From Candidatus Nanohalobium sp. (GTDB taxonomy: Archaea > Nanohalarchaeota > Nanosalinia > Nanosalinales > Nanosalinaceae), in assembly GCA_042217545.1 (NCBI GenBank), contig JBDGSM010000044.1, forward strand, positions 1 to 13,892: a DNA stretch of 13,892 nucleotides, written 5' to 3'. The position numbers and the translations under genes are program-made. Positions 1 to 7,226 of this stretch are shown here, one piece after another. Position 1 is the first letter of the stretch. The number at the start of each line of letters is the position of its first letter. Below the pieces are notes generated by a model, which worked only from the letters and a program-made list of their open reading frames with translations, searched no databases and was not told where the DNA came from.

Positions 1-510
1 CAGATAATCGTAACCTCTCTCTGGAAAGAAGATCCTGATCCAAAGGGAATAACACGTGTAGGACCGCTCGCACAGGAAGGAGAAAGCGATGAAAGCATAG
101 AGGAATACGACGTTCTCATAAATCCGGGCACACACGGGGAAAACTTCGATAAGATAAATGAGAAACTTGAGGAGAAAGGCCTCGACGTGAGACAGGTAGG
201 AGACGATAAATGGGAAACCAAACCTGCAATGACGCCCTATACTGAAAAAGCAGATGTAGTTATCTGCACAGGATTCTCATCTATTGCGGACACGGTCGTG
301 GCAGGAACACCATGTATAATATACCCATTTCTCCCTTTCCAGAAGGCGCTTGGAGACAGGGTAGAAGAAAAAGGCCTCGAAGGAATCACAAAAGCCACTT
401 CAGTAGATGAGGTGGTGGAGAAAGCAGAGTACTTCACCAATGTGGCCTCAGAAAGCCCTGATTACGAAAACGGAGCGCCAGAGTTCGTGGACGTCCTTCT
501 GGACGGCTGA
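1..510 (+). CDS. GT-B fold glycosyltransferase, C-terminal part (GT28-C / MJ1255-like); 5' end outside the window
   Basis: Frame is open from base 1 (QIIVTSLWKEDPDPKGITRVGPLAQ...) and continues into the 187..510 ORF. Motifs 'VGPL', 'ADVVICTGFSSIADTVVAGTPCIIYP' and 'FQ' resemble the nucleotide-sugar-binding C-terminal domain of MurG/GT28-like enzymes. Confidence 0.75.
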   Translation, partial: QIIVTSLWKEDPDPKGITRVGPLAQEGESDESIEEYDVLINPGTHGENFDKINEKLEEKGLDVRQVGDDKWETKPAMTPYTEKADVVICTGFSSIADTVVAGTPCIIYPFLPFQKALGDRVEEKGLEGITKATSVDEVVEKAEYFTNVASESPDYENGAPEFVDVLLDG

Positions 511-531
511 AAACGCGTTATTCTCTTAAAG

Positions 532-1626
532 GTGAGCAAACTGAAAACGGAAGACGGGAAAGGAAACGAAGCCTCTGCACAGGGAAAAGGACTTAAGATA
601 GGTTTCTTCGCCGACAGCTACTTCCCGAGAAAGGACGGGCAGGTATACACGGTCAAGACGTGGAAACAGAAGCTGGAGGCCAGAGGCCACGAAGTATACG
701 TTATCTATCCTGGCTCCGACCATGAACCGGGTGAGTACGAGATAGCCTTGAGATCCGTTAAAAATCCGTGGTACAAGCATTACATAGGCCTTCCGTTGGG
801 AACCGGATCTCTTCCGGACCTTGACGTTGTACACTGCCATTCTCCAGGGCCTATAGGCCTTTTAGGCAGGTACTACGCTAGGAAAAAAGATATAGCTTCG
901 GTCTACACCTTCCATACGCCACTTGAGGAGTATATTCCGCAGGTTGTCAGGCCTGATTTTATCTCGACTGCTGTGAACCGTGCTTACCGATGGATCGATA
1001 ACAAGTTTCTGAACAGCTTTGATGCAGTAACGTCAAACACGGCTGAGATCCCGAGGGATATAGAGTTCACAGAGCTACCTGTCGGGATAGACATGGACTA
1101 CTTCCATGAAACTGGGGAATCGTTTGTGGATGAAATGGACGTGGAAAGACCTGTCCTCGGATACTCTGGAAGGCTCAGCGAGGAGAAGAAGATAGATCAG
1201 TTGATAGAGTTCTTCGAGGGACTTGAAGGCACGTTGATCATAGTAGGTGAGGGCAGGGACGAGGAAAGACTGAAGCAGAAGGCGTCGGAAAACGTGGTTT
1301 TCAGGGATTTCCTGCCGCGTGAGAAGCTTCCCGAGTTCTACTCAGGTATAGATGTCTTCGCCACCTGCTCCGAGTCCGACACTCTAAGCCTTACGACGCT
1401 GGAGGCCTCCGCCTGTGGAACTCCCGTGCTTGCGCCAGATGTTCATCCGTTTGACGGCACGATAAACGGCAATGGCGAATGTTTCAGGCCTGGAGACCGT
1501 GAGGACTTTGAGGCGAAACTTGAAAAAGTGCTGGAGAAAGATTACAGTACCCGGAAGGAAGTGGAGCGTTTCTCAATGGAGAAAAGTATAGATAAACTGA
1601 TTGAACTGTATCGAGAGGTGATGTAA
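532..1626 (+). CDS. GT4 family glycosyltransferase (resembles 1,2-diacylglycerol 3-alpha-glucosyltransferase-like group)
   Basis: Motifs: N-terminal 'KIGFFADSYFPRKDG', 'RGHEVYVIYP', 'DVVHCHSP', 'VYTFHT', 'YSGRLSEEKKID', and the D-x7-E motif 'DTLSLTTLEASACGTPV'. Start is uncertain (GTG at 532; no ATG at the usual MKIG position). Confidence 0.9.
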   Translation: MSKLKTEDGKGNEASAQGKGLKIGFFADSYFPRKDGQVYTVKTWKQKLEARGHEVYVIYPGSDHEPGEYEIALRSVKNPWYKHYIGLPLGTGSLPDLDVVHCHSPGPIGLLGRYYARKKDIASVYTFHTPLEEYIPQVVRPDFISTAVNRAYRWIDNKFLNSFDAVTSNTAEIPRDIEFTELPVGIDMDYFHETGESFVDEMDVERPVLGYSGRLSEEKKIDQLIEFFEGLEGTLIIVGEGRDEERLKQKASENVVFRDFLPREKLPEFYSGIDVFATCSESDTLSLTTLEASACGTPVLAPDVHPFDGTINGNGECFRPGDREDFEAKLEKVLEKDYSTRKEVERFSMEKSIDKLIELYREVM

Positions 1627-1627
1627 C

Positions 1628-3277
1628 TTGGGTTCAGACAACGTTGACATCTTCAAGAAAGTAATATTCCATATACCCGATTTCAGAACTATATTAGCTG
1701 CTGTAATAGGCCTGGGAGTGCTCTATTCTTCTTTAACATTTCTCGCATTCGATCTTATAGGTAACCGGTCATTCAGCCTGTGGGCAGTGCCTTTCATAGC
1801 GTTCTTTGTCTACATTTTCCCGGCTGTGGCTTCTGGAGAGGCCTATTACTATGTCCTTCCGGATTATCCAAGGAGCTGGGGCTACTTCCTGGCGATGAGC
1901 AATCAGCTGATGCTGTTTATCTACAGCCTGGTCTTAACGCTGTCGGGAAGCCTGGTAACAACCTGGAACATCATCTGGCTAGGCCTCATAACGATCTACC
2001 TGTCGAACTTCTTCGTACTCCTCCTGTCGGTAGGAACAGACCAGATGAAGAAAGTATCGCTGATAAGCCTGATCCAGCCACTGCTGATACTGGCCTCTTT
2101 CCACTTCTTCCTCGGAAGATACATGCAGATCCCCCTGGTCCTCTACCTCATGAACTTCGGATTCCTCTTCGTAATGGGATTCATACTGCTCATAGTCCTG
2201 CTCATGTTCGACTACCTGATGGGCAGCAACGTATCCAACTTCACAATAACAGGCATGGCATCAGCTCTACTCCAGAAACGCCAGGAAGCACTGGATCTTG
2301 GCTACCCGACAAGGCCTGATGTACAGGCCTTCAGACTTGAGAAACAGGATTCAGCGCTTAACGTTTCAATCCCGTGGGTGCATCCAGGTCCTCTTGAAGG
2401 CTTCGGAGGCGGAAAAGTCACGACGCATATGATCGACGCATTAAACGATGAAGAAGACGGTTTCTTCTTCCACGTGCCATCGACGCACCAGGCTGATCCA
2501 GCAGATCCGAGAGACACGGCAAAGCTCGTAGACGCAATGGAGAAACCAGAGACCACGGGAAAGGCCTCAAAACTTCACAAGAAAGAGTTCGAAAACGCCA
2601 CGTTCTACGGCAGAACTTTCGGAGACCAGAAGATTGTCTTCATGGATGTACACCGGTTCGACGACTACGAAATGGCAGTATTCAAGGAGATAATAGACCT
2701 CGAGAACACAACGATCATCGACATGCACAACCACAACCCGCACAAAGGCGAAAGACCTCTGATGTACTATGGAACCTCCATGGCCGACAAAATGCGGGAA
2801 AGAATGCATGAGTTCATCGAAGAACTTGAAGGCCTGGAACAGCATGAGTACCGGGCAGGCTACGAGGTAGAACTGAACGCACCATCCCTCTTCAGCCTGA
2901 TAGAGGAAGTAGACGGCCAGAAAACACTGCTGTTTGGAATAGAAGGAAACGGATCCTCCAGGAACCTTAGAGAACTTAGAGAAGAATACCAGGACCAGTT
3001 TGACGAAGTACTGCTGTTCAGCACCGACACACACAGCAGTATACATGAAATGGCAACAGAGAAACAGGTAGAGAAACCGAAAGTCCGTAAAGTCATAGAA
3101 AAAGCATCACAGAACATTTCAAAGGCCTCGATAGGCCTTTCACACGGCAAAGCTGAAAGGATGAGACTTCTGCAGAAGGACTACTCCTCGCTGATGACCA
3201 GCATCAACATCCTTCTCCGGCTGATACCTCTAACACTGGCCATATTCTATGTCATCCTCGTGGTCTGGGTTCTCTAG
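1628..3277 (+). CDS. DUF2070 family archaeal membrane protein
   Basis: About 6 N-terminal hydrophobic segments, a soluble domain with 'HPGPLEGFGGG', 'HVPSTH', 'DMHN' and 'STDTH', and a final C-terminal TM helix. TTG start preceded by SD GAGGTG (1615-1620). Confidence 0.85.
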   Translation: MGSDNVDIFKKVIFHIPDFRTILAAVIGLGVLYSSLTFLAFDLIGNRSFSLWAVPFIAFFVYIFPAVASGEAYYYVLPDYPRSWGYFLAMSNQLMLFIYSLVLTLSGSLVTTWNIIWLGLITIYLSNFFVLLLSVGTDQMKKVSLISLIQPLLILASFHFFLGRYMQIPLVLYLMNFGFLFVMGFILLIVLLMFDYLMGSNVSNFTITGMASALLQKRQEALDLGYPTRPDVQAFRLEKQDSALNVSIPWVHPGPLEGFGGGKVTTHMIDALNDEEDGFFFHVPSTHQADPADPRDTAKLVDAMEKPETTGKASKLHKKEFENATFYGRTFGDQKIVFMDVHRFDDYEMAVFKEIIDLENTTIIDMHNHNPHKGERPLMYYGTSMADKMRERMHEFIEELEGLEQHEYRAGYEVELNAPSLFSLIEEVDGQKTLLFGIEGNGSSRNLRELREEYQDQFDEVLLFSTDTHSSIHEMATEKQVEKPKVRKVIEKASQNISKASIGLSHGKAERMRLLQKDYSSLMTSINILLRLIPLTLAIFYVILVVWVL

Positions 3278-3309
3278 ATTTGAAATAACTTGGCCACAAA
3301 TCTCATGAT

Positions 3310-3630
3310 ATGCCTACCAAAGAAGAAGTCGAGGAACAGCTCAAGGAAGTGATCGACCCGGAACTCGACATAAACATAGTAGATTTAGGCCTTATAAGGG
3401 AGATAGATATCGAAGACGACTCCGTAGAGATCCTTATGACGCTGACAACTCCCGGATGCCCGCTCCACAGCGTATTCGACGAAATGGTCCGACAGGAAGT
3501 CGGAGGCCTGACAGATATCAACAAAGTCAACGTGGAACTGACCTTTGAACCACGCTGGACGCCAGAAGATATGAGCGACGAAGCAAGAAATGAAATGGGT
3601 AACATCCCCGGAATGGCCGGTGGATTCTAG
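3310..3630 (+). CDS. DUF59 / SufT / MIP18-like Fe-S cluster assembly factor
   Basis: 'LKEVIDPELDINIVDLGLI', 'MTLTTPGCP' and 'LTFEPRWTPEDMS' match the DPE-x-T-x-C DUF59 signature. Confidence 0.93.
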   Translation: MPTKEEVEEQLKEVIDPELDINIVDLGLIREIDIEDDSVEILMTLTTPGCPLHSVFDEMVRQEVGGLTDINKVNVELTFEPRWTPEDMSDEARNEMGNIPGMAGGF

Positions 3631-3631
3631 A

Positions 3632-3682
3632 CCAGTTGCAGATACAGCGACTGGGAGTGTTTGATGAGTCTAGGGACTCATC
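3632..3682. terminator. Two stem-loops between convergent genes; possible bidirectional terminator or stabiliser
   Basis: CCAGTTGC-agataca-GCGACTGG (3632-3654, one G.U pair) and a perfect GATGAGTC-tagg-GACTCATC (3663-3682) that overlaps the HD stop codon. Confidence 0.45.
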
Positions 3683-4646
3683 TCTCTTTGATATTTACGC
3701 TGTAGCCTGACTTCACGAACTCCATGTGTTCCTCGATCCTTTCCTCCAGCTCTTCTGAGAACTCTGAGGCCTTACGCACTTCTCCATCGACAAGCACCGG
3801 AGGATCAACGGCCCTGGCTTTTGTAGTAACCTCCATATCAGGGTCCTCAGCCTCTAACTCGATCTCGAAACCGTTGTCAAGCAGCTCAAGTTTTTCCTTG
3901 ATAACTTCGTTTTCAGCGGACCTGAGCGTCCCCATAACCTCTTCATCAGTACCGAAAAGCTCTTCCTCAGCCAGGATATCCTGTTTCAGGGCCTCTCTTA
4001 TAGCATCCGCAAATATCTCTGTTATAATGACTTCCTTGGGATTCGCCCACCACTTCTCGTCCGCCTCCGCGTACTTCTTTCCGTACTCGACCGCTTTCTC
4101 TTTATCGTCCAGGACGAACATGCCTTCGGCAGCGGTAATAGAATCCACGAAATGCTGAACTTTCCAGCCTCCGTAACGCTTCGAATCCCTGAGGAAATAA
4201 TCGATCCTGTCCGCGCAGAGATCCGGCGCATCTCTTTCCAGAAGGCCAAAGTTCTCCTCGTCAAGTATATAATCAACGTCAAGGCCGTGCCTCTCCAGTA
4301 TCTCCGGTATCTCCGAATCCTTCACAACTTTCTCCAGAAAACGGTCGTGATAATCATGTTCGTCCGTATCGTAGACGAAATCAGCAGTATGCGAGAAAGC
4401 TGTATGCGGAACATCGTGTAAAAGGCCTGCGATCTCCTCCTCGATACTTGCGCCGTGCTCGCGCAGCAAAAGCATAACGCCCAGAGAATGCTCGTACCTC
4501 GTCATCGGATACTTATCCATGAAAAACGGTTGAGGCCCTGCCTGATGAATATTTTTCAAACGCTGGAAAGGCCTTGAATCGATCAACTCCTTCAGTACTT
4601 CTTCTTCGACTTCTCTGTCGCCGTAGACCGCGTCCTCTATCAACAT
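3678..4646 (-). CDS. HD-domain phosphohydrolase (dNTP triphosphohydrolase / SAMHD1-like superfamily)
   Basis: Motifs 'FQRLKNIHQAG', 'TRYEHSLGV', 'LLHDVPHTAFSH' and 'ADRIDYFLRD'. Confidence 0.92.
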   Translation of the reverse strand: MLIEDAVYGDREVEEEVLKELIDSRPFQRLKNIHQAGPQPFFMDKYPMTRYEHSLGVMLLLREHGASIEEEIAGLLHDVPHTAFSHTADFVYDTDEHDYHDRFLEKVVKDSEIPEILERHGLDVDYILDEENFGLLERDAPDLCADRIDYFLRDSKRYGGWKVQHFVDSITAAEGMFVLDDKEKAVEYGKKYAEADEKWWANPKEVIITEIFADAIREALKQDILAEEELFGTDEEVMGTLRSAENEVIKEKLELLDNGFEIELEAEDPDMEVTTKARAVDPPVLVDGEVRKASEFSEELEERIEEHMEFVKSGYSVNIKER

Positions 4647-4754
4647 AGAAAAGACCTTTGAGAGAGAACATTAAATTCTCTTCCACTTGCTCAAGGAGAA
4701 GTTCGAAAGCCACCCAGCCGCGGCTTCAGATGATAAAACTCTCTATATGAGTTT

Positions 4755-4826
4755 TGCGGCGTCGGGGATTTGAACCCCGGTTACGCGCATGGCAAGCACG
4801 TGTCTTAGCCACTGGACCAACGCCGC
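4755..4826 (-). tRNA. tRNA-Gly (anticodon GCC), intronless, CCA not encoded
   Basis: Reverse complement reads GCGGCGTTGGTCCAGTGGCTAAGACACGTGCTTGCCATGCGCGTAACCGGGGTTCAAATCCCCGACGCCGCA. It has a 7-bp acceptor stem, anticodon loop TT-GCC-AT, T-loop TTCAAAT and discriminator A. Confidence 0.97.
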
Positions 4827-4954
4827 GGATTGAATCCGCTAAGTATCAGAAACTCCTTCCGGAGTTTCGTCAAAGCCGCATCGTGTTACGCTACGATTGC
4901 GCAGGGAGCCATGCGAGGCATCACTCTTCGATATGAAGATGTTGTTTGGTTATT

Positions 4955-4964
4955 TTATTAAATC
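4955..4964 (-). promoter_or_regulatory. Putative TATA box for the tRNA-Gly transcript
   Basis: Minus strand reads ATTTAATAAA, the clearest TATA-like run upstream of the tRNA. It implies a leader of about 100 nt. Confidence 0.45.
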
Positions 4965-5034
4965 GAGTGTTTTTCCGGGTGGAGGCCTCGCGGTGAGATG
5001 CACATTTTTGAAGTTTGGAAGACAACTTCAGGTT

Positions 5035-5496
5035 ATGAAGGATAAAAGTCCGGATATGGATGATGAGGCGAGGAAGGATTTCCTGGTTGACAGGGCGAAA
5101 GAAGCTATTGAAGAACAGCTTGAATCAGAGAATCCGCCTTTCGACGAGGAAAGGCCTGAAAGACCTGAGCTGAACAGGAAAAGCAGTTCTCTCGATGAGA
5201 GAGTCGAACATCAGGCCTCCAGCATGACGGATTCTGAATGGTCCCAGGAGGAGATCGAGTTCCTGAAGAACAACAGGACTGAGATGAGCAACAACGAGAT
5301 AGAGGAGTTCATGCAGAAGGACTCCAAGTTCCATAAAGTTGACTGGGAACCGTTCTCCCGTTCACAGGAAAGATACCTGATCCAGACCTACCAGACGTCG
5401 GACATCGACGAATTAGCGGACCAGATGGATCGTGAACCGAAAGTTCTACGCCTGAAGCTGAAGATGATGGGCCTTGAAGTTCCGGAGGCAGAGTGA
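5035..5496 (+). CDS. Acidic hypothetical protein (153 aa) with two Myb/SANT-like HTH repeats
   Basis: Likely start is ATG 5035 (TTTTTGAA box about 25 nt upstream; acidic composition begins here). Repeats are 'WSQEEIEFLKNNRTEMSNNEIEEFM' and 'FSRSQERYLIQTYQTSDIDELADQMDREPKVLRLKLKMMGL'. The stop is 1 nt before the nop5 ATG. Confidence 0.75.
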   Translation: MKDKSPDMDDEARKDFLVDRAKEAIEEQLESENPPFDEERPERPELNRKSSSLDERVEHQASSMTDSEWSQEEIEFLKNNRTEMSNNEIEEFMQKDSKFHKVDWEPFSRSQERYLIQTYQTSDIDELADQMDREPKVLRLKLKMMGLEVPEAE

Positions 5497-5497
5497 G

Positions 5498-6244
5498 ATG
5501 GATAGAGAGGAGCTCAGGGAGAAAGCACTTTCTGACACGAAGGAAGAGCTCCGGAGCGAGGTAGACCGGGACGAAATTCTTGTCAAAGCGGTGAAATATC
5601 TCGACCAGTTGAATGACAATATACACACGGAAGTCGAACGCCTGCGTGACTGGTACTCCCTGCATTTTCCGGAACTGGAGCAGGAGATCGGTGACAACGA
5701 GCATTTCGTAAAAATACTTGAGCGAGGCATCGACAGAGACGATCTCGATGCTTTCTCGGACATGGCAGATGCCTCCACAGGCATGTCATTGACAGAGGAA
5801 GACGAACTGATGATCGAAAGCACTGTCGACTCTATATCGGACAGGATGGAGCTCAGAGACCGTATAGAAAACTATGTCGAGTCAGGGGTGAAAGAGGAGA
5901 TACCCAACCTCTCAAAGCTTCTCGATCCTATTCTCGCAGCAAGACTTGTAGGCCTAGCAGGAAGCCTGGACGACCTGGCGAAGAAGCCAGCAAGCACAGT
6001 CCAGATGCTCGGCGCAGAAAAGGCTCTGTTCCGTTATCTCCGGGGAAACGGCACCCCGCCAAAACATGGCATCATTTTCCAGCACGAATACGTCAACCAG
6101 CTTCCAGAGGACAGGAGAGGCAAGATGGCGCGTTTTCTGGCGAACAAGGCCTCTATCGCTGCACGTCTCGACAACTACGGGGACAAGGATAAAGGTGCGG
6201 AGCTACGTGAAGAATGTGGCGAAAAGTTCGAGGAGCTGAGGTGA
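5498..6244 (+). CDS. nop5: Nop5 (Nop56/58) box C/D RNP protein, short form (248 aa)
   Basis: Motifs 'ERLRDWYSLHFPEL', 'PNLSKLL', 'LAKKPASTVQMLGAEKALFRYL' and 'PPKHGIIFQH...RGKMARFLANKASIAARLD'. ATG at 5498 follows the upstream TGA. Confidence 0.96.
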   Translation: MDREELREKALSDTKEELRSEVDRDEILVKAVKYLDQLNDNIHTEVERLRDWYSLHFPELEQEIGDNEHFVKILERGIDRDDLDAFSDMADASTGMSLTEEDELMIESTVDSISDRMELRDRIENYVESGVKEEIPNLSKLLDPILAARLVGLAGSLDDLAKKPASTVQMLGAEKALFRYLRGNGTPPKHGIIFQHEYVNQLPEDRRGKMARFLANKASIAARLDNYGDKDKGAELREECGEKFEELR

Positions 6245-6250
6245 TCCTTC

Positions 6251-6898
6251 TTGGAAGAGGTACAACCCGGAATCTTCCGGAACAAGGGAAGAATCTACAC
6301 GAAGAACGCTGATCCCGGCCACAAGGTCTATGGCGAAGGCCTGATCGAGTTTGAAGATGAAGAGTACAGGAGATGGGATGCTAACAGGAGTAAAGCAGCG
6401 GCAGCGGTTCAGAATGGTATGAAGTTAGGCCTTGAACATGATGACATGGTTCTGTATCTTGGCGCGGCTTCGGGAACTACTGTGTCACATTTCTCGGATA
6501 TACTGGAGGAAGGTTTTATCGTGGGCGTTGAATATTCTGATACTGTTATCAGAGGCCTTGTCGAGCTTGCTGAGCTAAGAGAAAACATTGCACCTTTCCT
6601 GGGTGATGCGAGGAAGCCTGAGGAGTACAGTGAGTACGTGGATGAAGCTGATATGGTTTTCCAGGATATCTCTCAGAGAGATCAGGCGGAGATATTCCTG
6701 AAGAACTGTAGAGAATACCTTAGAGAGGGCGGTGTAGGCCTCCTTGCGGTTAAGGCCCGTTCGATTTCGTCTTCAAAGAGTAAGGATGAGATCTTTGGCG
6801 ATGTGCGTGAGAAAGTTGCTTCGGAGTTCGATATAGTTAATGAGGTGGAGCTTGATCCCCATGAGAGGGAGCATCTCGTGTTAAAAATTGAAGGGTAG
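6251..6898 (+). CDS. flpA: Fibrillarin-like rRNA/tRNA 2'-O-methyltransferase
   Basis: Motifs 'KVYGE', 'YRRWDANRSKAAA', 'VLYLGAASGTTVSHFSDI', 'GDARKPEEY' and 'FQDISQRDQ'. TTG start with SD GAGGTGA (6238-6244). Lies directly after nop5. Confidence 0.97.
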   Translation: MEEVQPGIFRNKGRIYTKNADPGHKVYGEGLIEFEDEEYRRWDANRSKAAAAVQNGMKLGLEHDDMVLYLGAASGTTVSHFSDILEEGFIVGVEYSDTVIRGLVELAELRENIAPFLGDARKPEEYSEYVDEADMVFQDISQRDQAEIFLKNCREYLREGGVGLLAVKARSISSSKSKDEIFGDVREKVASEFDIVNEVELDPHEREHLVLKIEG

Positions 6899-6903
6899 GG
6901 GAT

Positions 6904-7110
6904 TTATGGAGTTATGCTTGGTAAATAGTTCATGGTCGATTTCTTCATGTTTTCGACGTAGCCGTGACGGTCTATGTACTCGGGACTGGCGCAGCACTCT
7001 GCTTTGTGATTTATCTTGTACGCGGCTCCAAGAACAGCGTGTTTCATAGGCATGATTTTCTCCTCCGTTTCTTCCCCACAGTTTTTGCATCTAAAAGAGA
7101 CTGTTTTCAT
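6904..7110 (-). CDS. Small Cys-rich, putative zinc-binding protein (68 aa)
   Basis: Contains 'FRCKNCGEE' (CxxCG) and 'HKAECC'. GAGGA lies just upstream of the ATG and TTATAAA near 7151-7157 on the minus strand. The ORF fills the gap convergent with fibrillarin. Confidence 0.65.
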   Translation of the reverse strand: MKTVSFRCKNCGEETEEKIMPMKHAVLGAAYKINHKAECCASPEYIDRHGYVENMKKSTMNYLPSITP

Positions 7111-7226
7111 CTAATTCCTCTCCCCCTACTTGAGTTTTACCCTTCTGGGGTTTATAATGAAATGGAGGGTGTACCGCAACTTCCGATAGGAAAAATTCTA
7201 TAAATTCCCGCTACGAATCGGTACGT

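Noticed and set aside
1780..2319. Long alternative-frame and antisense ORFs (e.g. 1780..2319, 2567..3046, 3724..4158, 10655..11107, 11688..12407)
   Set aside because: They overlap well-supported genes, lack motifs, and have Ser/Phe/Arg-rich shadow compositions unlike the acidic proteome.
4755..4826. tRNA-Gly as an integration site or intron-containing tRNA
   Set aside because: No integrase and no duplicated tRNA 3' end seen in the window. The cloverleaf is complete at 72 nt.
4754..4936. 60-aa ORF MRRRGFEPRLRAWQARVL
   Set aside because: It is the antisense translation of the tRNA gene.
4897..5034. 46-codon N-terminal extension of the 4897..5496 ORF
   Set aside because: Composition is non-acidic and the region overlaps the divergent promoters and tRNA leader. 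ATG 5035 has a suitably placed TATA-like box.
5035..6244. Upstream ORF as a frameshifted Nop5 N-terminal domain
   Set aside because: The junction is a clean stop, 1 nt, then ATG, and the upstream sequence looks Myb/HTH-like rather than like a Nop5 N-terminal domain.
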